A DNA stretch of 64,000 nt from Octopus bimaculoides. Taxonomy: Eukaryota. Positions 1 to 9,800 of this stretch are shown here, one piece after another (the first letter of the stretch is position 1; every line of letters starts with the position of its first letter). The stretch is taken from NCBI RefSeq assembly GCF_001194135.2, contig NC_068991.1:7147615-7211614 (forward strand), given 5' to 3'. The position numbers were made by a program, and so were the translations under genes. The notes beneath the pieces are model-generated. The model did no database searches, was not told the DNA's origin, and saw only the letters and a program-made list of their open reading frames with translations.

Positions 1-803
1 TGGTTGCTAGCTTTTGTTATTGTTGCTTAGCCCTAGGTCAGCCTAGATTGAGAAAACCTATGACCTGAGGCGTTCTAACCATGACGATCCTATACTTTTA
101 AGGGTTTCTAGGACGATATAAACTATTGTGTCCTTTGAATGATAGCATAGAAATTTTGTCATTGGCTTACATCCATAGCAACAGTACGAAGATCGAATTC
201 CAGCAGGATTATGTTATGGGGAGGAAGGACTGGATGTAATGGTCAGTGTATGGCTGGGGTGTTAGTGGCTACAATGAGAGGAGAGATGAGTAGGATGCAA
301 ATGCCAGCTTCAAGGAGCAGAGGCTATTATCACAACATTAGAAAAAGCAGAGAGGTGGGGACAACACACACCTATGGGCCAGAAGCTGGTGTGTGGCTGG
401 GACTGACTTTATGCCTATCAGAATGGTGACCCTTTTCAGGATATTTGTGTGTCCCAGATGTGGAATTTGATAATCTGCCTAAGACTTCTAGATAATCTTC
501 AAACTTATTTTTTCGGGATAAGTTTAGTAAAATGTTGCCCAATAATTCCCATTGAATAACAACATTTACCACATTTACTCATGTATGAGTTGAGCTTGTA
601 TATAAACTGCATTCGTATACAAGTCACACCTGTGCATAGGTCACACCTCAGTCTTTTTTCACTTAAAATCAAGTTAAAAATAGGGCAACTTATACCCAAG
701 TAAATTTGATATATGAAGGTAAAGTACTCATCTTTTTTTTTTTTGTTGTTGTATGGATAACAATTTCATTCTAATACTATATTATATATAACCTTTTCTT
801 TAG

Positions 804-895
804 GGCCGTGTTTGCTTACAAAGAAATTATTTGAAAATGGTGCCAAATCTGTGATAGGAATTGAAGCAAAATTAGATTTCCAACCATATTTACAA
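804..895 (+). CDS. TFB2M: mtTFB2 exon: (G)PCLLTKKLFENGAKSVIGIEAKLDFQPYLQ
   Basis: Acceptor ttttctttag at 803, donor gtgagt at 896; SAM-binding motif I/II region. Confidence 0.85.
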
Positions 896-3800
896 GTGAG
901 TTATACCCCTATCGTTTTTGTAGTTATTGCTGCATATTACATTTGACCTGCTTTCAGTACCTAGATGGAACCATTTTATTTCTATTACTGAGACTTTTGA
1001 GAAAAATATATCACAACAAAGGAGTCTCTATAAATCTGTTTAAACCTGCTAGAAAAAGTAGTCAAATAGCACAGATGTCTCTTCAAACAGGAAGGACATG
1101 AAGAATATTGTCCAAAATATACAAAAAAAACCCAAAAAACCTATTGATGTATAAATCATCCAACATATATTTGAATTCTGTTCTTTATTTTAGAGTACCA
1201 AACGTTTATTCAGAAGCAAATTTAGTTTCCACCTCTGGGATCCTTATGTGAATGTTCTATTTGATTCCAAGAAAATGTCAAATTTACATACTAAGGAAAA
1301 AGTGAGTTTTAAAGGAATAAAGCAGAAAGCTTGGTGTGAAGGTAATGTTATTTCCTTTAATATATATTGCTTTTTAAGGTGGCGAGCTGGCAGAAATGTT
1401 AGCACGCCAGGCGAAATAGCGGTATTTCGTCTGTCTTTATGTTCTAAGTTCAAATTATGGTGAGGTCAACTTTGCATTTCATCCTTCCTGGGTCAATAAA
1501 TTAAGTACCAGTTGCATACTGGAACTAAATGTTATTAGGAATTGTATTAAAAAATTGTTGAAATATTTTATGTATTGTAGAAGTATAAACAATTTATTGC
1601 AGATAAACTTTAACAACAAAAACCTTATATGAACCCCTGAGGGTCGTATGGACCCCAGTTAAGGACCACTGGGTTAGATCCTTTTGTTATTTTATAAGTT
1701 ATAAGGTGAACTGGTAATAACAGTGCAGTGTTAAATTAGATACCTTATGTAGTTTCATTGTTTCTAAATCTGGAATTAAAATTCTGACAGTGTTGACATA
1801 AACTTTCACAACTTTCTCCTCTGTTGTCAATAAAGTATCAATAATTATAATGAGGAGGAGGATGATGCTGATTGATTAATTTATTGTGTTACTGTCATCA
1901 TTGTCTTCATCACTATCATCTTTGTTCTTATTGTCATTCATCATCATCATCATCATCATCATCGTTTAACGTCCGCTTTCCATGCTAGCATGGGTTGGAC
2001 GATTTGACTGAGGACTGGTGAAACCGGATGGCAACACCAGGCTCCAGTCTGATTTGGCAGAGTTTCTACAGCTGGATGCCCTTCCTAACGCCAACCACTC
2101 AGAGAGTGTAGTGGGTGCTTTTACGTGTCNNNNNNNNNNAAATCCTACAGGAGCCAGTCAGGCGGTACTGGCAACGGCCACGCTCAAAATGGTGCATCTC
2201 ATGTGCCACCCGCGCAAGAACCAGTCCAGGGGCACTGGCAACGATCTTACTTGGCTTGCCGGGTCTTCTCACGCACAGCCCATTTCCAAAGGTCTCGGTC
2301 CGTAGTCATCGCCTCGGTGAGGCCCAATGTACGAAGGTCTTGTCTCACCACCTCAGCCCAGGTCTTCCTGGGCCTACCTCTTCCACGGGTTCCCTCAACT
2401 GTTAGGGTGTGGCACTTTGAAGTAAATCTAAAAATCTGAAAAAATAAACAGCATGAAAGTAATTGAATGTTTTTTTTTCTCTCTCTTTTTAGAACCTTAC
2501 GCCAGTATATTTGGAATATTGACTCCCAGTAAAGCAAGATATTTTATAAGTTTAATGATTAACTGTCTTGGTACGAAAGAAAGAATCTATAGTTTGGGAC
2601 GCCCAGAACTATTTCTTTTGGTCCCTGCCCGTAATTACAAAGTAAGTGAGTTCAAATCAGTGTCATCATTTTAATGTTATGTGAACTCTTCTCCTTAATC
2701 TGGGAATTAGGATCAGTCCCACAGTTTATATTTTGAAGATTACTATATTTGATGGCATATAACAAATTTTTTTCTAAAAAAAAAAAGTCATTCTAGGCCC
2801 TACATGCAAAGCTGGGCCTATATTATGTGCTTTCGTTTATTAAAAACACTTTTTTTCTGAATATGCACTGTTGAAATTGGGTGTGCATCTAGTATGTTCA
2901 TGCATCTTTCATGCTATCAAATATGATATACTTTAAGATTGAGCAGTTGCAAAAATATGATAATTGAAATTATATAGGATGTCAATCAGACAGTTAATGT
3001 TGGCTGTGGTTGATATATACATGTATGTGCAGACCTGAACAAAAGTTTCTTATTTCTTTACTGTCCACAAGGGGCTACACACAGAGGGGACAAACAAGGA
3101 CAGACAAACGGATTAAGTCGATTATATCGACCCCAGTGCGTAACTGGTACTTATTTAATCGACCCCGAAAGGATAAAAGGCAAAGTCGACCTCAGCAGAA
3201 TTTGAACTCAGAACGTAGCGGCAGACGAAATACCGCAGAGCATTTCGCCCGGCGTGCTAACGATTCTGCCAACTTGCCGCCTTCATCTGAACAAAAGTTT
3301 CTGAGGAAGACTGGCAGTTGCTCATGGCCGATGTATGCAAGTTACTCCTCTCCACATCACAGATGTTTATCCAAGTAAAAGGTTTTATCAGCTTGGACTG
3401 ATTCAACTTGGCATCCAGTTTGATGCAACACTCACATGTTCGTCGGTCAGAATGATGAGGATGACTGATGACTTGTGCGGTGACTTTGTTTAAAGGGTAA
3501 AAGAGTTGTGCTCTACCAACCGCACTCTCTTGTCCACGACCATCTTCAGTCCTGTGGCAGACCAAGTCAAGATGACTGGGGATGGACGTGGATGCAGCAG
3601 ATGACCAAGATATCCTATTTGTCTCATCTTGCTGCAGCTACCTTCTTCTCCATAGAACCATGAAAGTTTTTATTCTGCTGAGTCCGTCGGATCCAGAGCC
3701 AAGTTCTAACAAACGAAGAGTTACGTCCCTTTAGGTACCCTTCCCCGGTTTAGTCCACCAATTGAAGCAGTTTCCCAGGTAGTGATCATTGTTGCAAGCG

Positions 3801-6800
3801 TATAGCTACTTGGAATCACAGGTGAGAGCTATACGCCAGTTGGAGACCAAAGCAGATGAACCACTATAACCCTGAGAGAATGAAAGGCCAAGTTGACGTC
3901 TGTGGGATTTGAGCTGTGAGTGCAGAGACTAAGAACAAATACTGCAAACCATTTGATCCAATATTCTAATGACTCCGTTATTTTACTACTTTAATAAAAA
4001 TTACAATAGGATTAATGTAGGTTCTGCCTTGAACCTATATGCTAATGAAGCCAAAGCTTATTTGGATTTTCCAGGTGTTTAGGCTGTGAGTACAAAGACT
4101 TCCCTCCTAAGCGGAAATGCTAGTTATCACAGGATTAATTCACCCATAATTGCCACTGGCATTCATTTTCATCGGGGTGAAGCAATTTGAAATTAATTGC
4201 CTTACTCAAGGACACAACACACTGCATGGTGTGAGTATTGAACTCACAACCTAACAGTCACGAACTCAACACTCTAACCACTTAGTTACTTAATCCAGGT
4301 TCAGGAAATGAAAACATAAAAAAGGGGGAACAAGAAAATTATATTTCTGGACAACTAGATTAATCATTGAATTGAAATGAAGAAAGAAGTTAAAGAAACA
4401 GTTACAGACGTAATGAATTCTGAATCATTTGATTCTGATAAAGTATTTGGATATTTTGTCATTTCTTTGTAAAAAGATGTGATTTAATTAGTCATGATCC
4501 TGGATATATATATGCTTTACTTGTTACCAACATTATACAAGAACTTTCTTACATCTTTTATAACATGTGAATTTTTGTGCAACGATTAGTGTTTTGTTAT
4601 GGCTTAATTGTTTTATCAAATTTTTATCGAAATGCATTGCCAGTTTTTCACTTAATTTCGAAAATATCAAAGAATTTAGTAAAATGATTTTATTATTAAA
4701 TTTGGAACGTAAATTAATATGAAGTATTAATAGAAGGTTTTAATTTAGATCACTTTAAACAAGAAGTTTATATGAGAGAACCAAGGGTGGTCACAGGTGG
4801 GTTGGTAACAAAAGGATTAAGTATTCTTTAATTTCTTTTCAATGTTTTTTTTTCCTTGTTTTCCTTTCAGTCGCTGAACATGAAGTTTCCCAATACAAAT
4901 TACCTTTTCTACAGAAAAACAAGTTCTGTTTTAAATTTATTTTTTGACATTGAATTGCTGATGGAGGTAAGATAAATATTAGTGATAATTCATAACACTA
5001 TTGATCATATTCATGATTTGTCATTTAAGTTGTTTGTTTTTGTTTGGTTATTGTTGTTGTTGAGCCCCTGGGTAAGCCATGATTGAGAAGACCTATGATC
5101 GAAAAGGTGATACAGCTATGGCCATCTTGTTTGCTTTCTTTCAGTGGCATGAACCTTCTATTCTTACTGGGCACTGCATAAGTTTGTTTGGAGATAAACT
5201 AAAGAATACCTAACCGTTTTGATGCCAATCTGCCTGTGACCACCCCTGGAATCTATCATATGCACTTCTTGTTTAAAGTGATTTAAATTAAAACCTTCCA
5301 TCAATACTTCATAATAATTTATATTCACCATGTAAAAAGCACCCATGCTGGTACCATGTACAAGGCACTTGTGCTGGCACCACTTAAAAAACACTTGTGT
5401 TGGCATCATGTGGAAAGTACCCATGCAGGCACCACATAAAAAGCACCTGTGCAGGCACCACTTAAAATGCACCCAGTATACTCTGCAAAGTGGTTGGCAT
5501 TAGGAAGGGCATCCAACTCTAGAAACCATGCCTTGACAGACAGTTGAAGCCTGATGCAGCTCTCTGGCTTACTAGCTCCTGTCAAACCATTCAAACTATG
5601 ACAGCATGGATGAAAGACATTAAATGATGTTGATGATGGCAGCAGCACCACTGCCACCATCATCGTAGAGTGTGATTTTGTTGACTAATTCCAGTTAGCT
5701 GTTTTCATTTCCCCCATATTCGTATATTGTATGATTTTTCTGCTATTTGCTATTTCAATTATATTATCAACACCATCACTTGGACATTAGCCCCACTGAA
5801 TTCCTTCATAGTATCTCTGTAGGGATTATCTCATAGTAAAGTACAAACTACACCACACTACGATTCTGTTGCACCCCATTTTACTGGACTTAGCGGAATG
5901 GATTTCTCTGCTGCTCATAACTGGAACAACTAACTTGTTTACTTTCAGTTTGTGTCTCTAAGAGTGTGTTGCCAACTCCTGTTAAACCGAGAGTGTAGTG
6001 GGTGATTTTTACATGCCACTGACATGGGAGCCAGTCAGGGGACACTGGCAACAGCAATAAAAATATAGTTTCCTCAGATCAGTTAACTGCCATCACATAA
6101 ATAGGCAATTGGATGGTCGACTACCATCATATATATAGATATTTTGGAACAGTTTTTAATGAAATCATTAGCATTAATATAGAAGAAATCTTTATGTCAA
6201 ACCATGCTACATTTAAAATTGTTGATAAACAGACTAATTAATCTGCAACACAGACCTCTAAAATGGTGATATAAATTTAAAAGATTTTTCTGAAAAATTT
6301 GTTTTCAGTTAAAAGTTTCTGATGTGTTTCCACATTTTGCTGTCCCCAGAAAGTTCCAAGTTGTAAGTATCCACCATATCATTTATTCTTTAATTCTGAA
6401 ACTAGAATACCTGCATTTATGTGTGTGTGTGTGTTGTGAGAGAGAGAGTGTGTGTGTGTTGTGAGAGAGAGAGTGTGTGTGTTTTGGTGAACTTAGACAT
6501 GGAATAAACAAGTGGAATGCTTTCATTGTTAGTTCTCTTGATTAAGGCATGAATATCATAACCTCCTCCCTTTGTTAAATCTCAAGTTTCTTATCTATAT
6601 AAGATTTAATTATTAATTTTCATTATAGTAACATGGTTTCAAATATGGGGGATGAGCGTTGTTGATGAGATGAAACCCATCCTTCAACTGGTACAGAAGA
6701 ATGAAAGGTGAAGTTGGCCTTGGTGGAATTTAAACTCAAGGTGTAAAGATACGCAACTGAACACCACAAGGCATTTTGTCTGCCACTCTACTGGTTCTAT

Positions 6801-9800
6801 CAATCTGCTACCCTTATGTTAGAATTAATTATTACCAATTAGAAGTATTGTTCATAATGGATAAAGAAATTTGAGGGTTAAAAGTCCTAGTGAGAGAGAG
6901 AGAGAGAGAGAGCATGAGATAAACAATTACATTTAAAATTTAAAATCCAATGGGCTTTAGTGTGGTTAAAGTCCTACACTCTCTATGAATTCAGGTGTAC
7001 TTCAAGGCTCAGTTACTTTTCCCCTCATTAACCCTTTCGTTACTGTATTTATTTTGAGATGCTCTGTGTTTCTTTCAATTACTTTAAATATAACAAAGAA
7101 TTTAGTAAAATAACTTAGTTATCATTTAGCTAGTGTTAGGAACATAAATTGTGACTTAGGTTTGGTGGAAGATTTTAATTCAAAACTTATGAAAGTATGA
7201 CATTTGTACTCAGAGCCAGAGCCGGTTTCAGCCGGGTTGGTAACGAAAGGGTTAAATGAATGAACTTGCTGTCATAGTCCACACACTCATACAGCTTCAA
7301 CAGCTTTTGCCCAGCCTGTATGTTTCCATAAACAAACAAATTAAAACATCCAGCAAGAAATTTAATTTCGTACAACCAAACACCAAACACTGCACATTTC
7401 AAGGAAACATTCCCAAAACAACTAAACTGATCACACTAGCATTTACAAATTCTAAACTTTAATGTCACTCTTTTTAAAATGTTAAACATTATAGTCCTAG
7501 GTGACATTTACTGACTTCTGCACATATTTTACTTAACAATAATTACATCACAAAGGCTGCATTTCTTTTCAATATTAGAAAATATCTTCTCCTCAAACTC
7601 TTATCACATCTATATTAAAAAACCAGATGCAGACCATGGCTTTGTGGTAAAAAGCTGGCTTTTACAACTATGTAGTTTTGGGCTCAATCCCTCTGTATGG
7701 CACCTTGGACAAGTATCTTCTACTATAGCCTTCGGTCAACCAATGCCTTGTGATCGAATTTGGTAGAAGGAAACTGAAAGAATTCTGTTCTGTGTATATA
7801 TTTTTAATTTTGTGTGTTTGTGTTGATAACTAAGAAAATGTACAAGCCTGTATTTTATATTCTTATGGTTTAATATTTAATGTATATATATCAAAAGGAT
7901 GTGTTATAATACTATTCCACATATACAAAACAGCCATACCAACAATCCAACATACCTCCATCATCAGCTACCCCAACCCAGTTCACTCTGTAAAGTGTTG
8001 GCATTAGAAAGGGCAACCAGCTGTAGAAACCATGCCAAAACAGGCAGTGGAGCTTGGTGCAGTCATCTGGCTAGCGCCTGTCAAGCCATACAACCCATGC
8101 CAGCATGGAAGATGGATGTTAAATGATGATGATATGTGTATGTGTGTGCGCACGTGTGTGTATGTATGTGTGTGCATGTCTGTTTGTGTGTACACTTGTC
8201 TTGACATAACCTGTTAGTTGTAAATGAGCATCACTGTCGTACAAGCAGTGTTGTTCATTTCCAGTCTTCTGTGAAAAACATGTCTTGCCATGGGGAAATA
8301 TTATTTTGCTTGGAAAGAGATGAGGCATTGGTGATAGGAAGGGCAATCAGCTGTAGAAAGTCTGCCTCAACAAATTCCACTTGACCCATGAAAGCATGGA
8401 AAAGTGAACTTTAACACGTTAACCACCATAGTCTGTTCATGGACCTTACTGGTGATACCATGTGTTCCCATTTACACTGTATACTGTTTAATTACAGGGA
8501 ATTGTAATTTTTTTTGCATTTTCACAATATTTCATAATTAAACTTTAATATTTAGCACTCATGTTATTTCAAATATTCTCAAAACCATATCAAAGATACA
8601 GAATGAAATCTTTTTCAAATTATGAAAATATCCCACTGGTGGTGCATATGGCAGTTGTGTGAAGTTTGCGATGAACCACTCGACAATGATGTTGATGATG
8701 ATGATTATAAACAGGATTTCTATGTCATTTTTTGTTTCATCTATTATTGCTTTCAGTAATTAAGCCTTTTTCTTCTTTTCTTTTTTTTTCTTTTGGTTAG
8801 CCATCAAATTCATTTGTATCTGTGAATAAAGATTCAATATATTTTATTAAAATCGTCCCTAAACAAATAAGAGATGCAATATCTGATTCTGAAGCTTACG
8901 CAAAGTTTCTCACCTTTTTGAACCAAGTTCTTCAGAAGCGATCCAGTCGGTTGATACCCAAAATGGAGTGAGTGAATTTGATTTTATCTCTTTATCATAA
9001 TTTTGTGTGTTTGTGTTGATAACTAATAAAATGTACAAGCCTGTATTTCATATTCTTATGATTTAATATTTAATGTATGACATCTGTAAATTACAAGTTT
9101 ATAATTTCTATTCTTCATATTACAGGTACAGGTATGGCTGTATGTTTAAGAAGCTTGCTTCCTAACAATGCAGTCTGGGGTTTAATCCCACTGTGTAGCA
9201 CCTTGGGCAAGTGTTTTCTATATAACCCTGACTGACCAATGCCTTGTAAGTGGATTTGTGCATATGTGTATTTCTATATATATATATATATATATATCAA
9301 CCCATGCTAGCATGGAAAGCAGACGTTAAACGACGATGATGATGATGGTGATACAACAGGCTTCTCTTGGTTTCTTTCTACCAAATTCACTCACAAGGCT
9401 TTGGTCGGCCTGGGGCTATAGTAGAAGACCCTTGCTCAAGGTGCCACACAGGGGGACCGAACCTGAAACCATGTGGTTGGGACGCAAGTTTCTTACCACA
9501 CATGCATCTATAATATAAAAAAAAGAAAAAATTTCACATTTCATTTAAAGTATGATATGTTAGATGTAAAAGATAAATTAATATACTTTGTTAACCTAAT
9601 TTATTTGTCAGTTATTGATATTTTGTATATGTTTTGTATAGTTCTTTTATTGTAGGTTTGTTAGTTTTTTTTCTCTTTTACTGCTAGCTGTGTGTTGACA
9701 GCTTTTATTTTACAGCCTTTCATTTCCATGTTTCTATCGCTTCCAGCTTCATTGTTTTGTGCTGTTATCTCTTTATTTGTTTGATTTTATGTTTTCGTTT

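Noticed and set aside
372-699. Possible additional upstream mtTFB2 exon or short ORFs
   Set aside because: After the ttttcag at 433-439 all three + frames hit stops before a plausible donor, and none encodes the expected first half of motif I
2008-2024. CTGAGGA-CTGGT-GAAAC, hammerhead-like boxes in the RTE 3'UTR
   Set aside because: Five nt cannot form stem II, and the GAAAC is not kept in other copies (15605, 46298)
3500-3800. GC-richer stretch, possibly another LINE 3' end
   Set aside because: Translation gave only vague RTE-like hints, too weak to call
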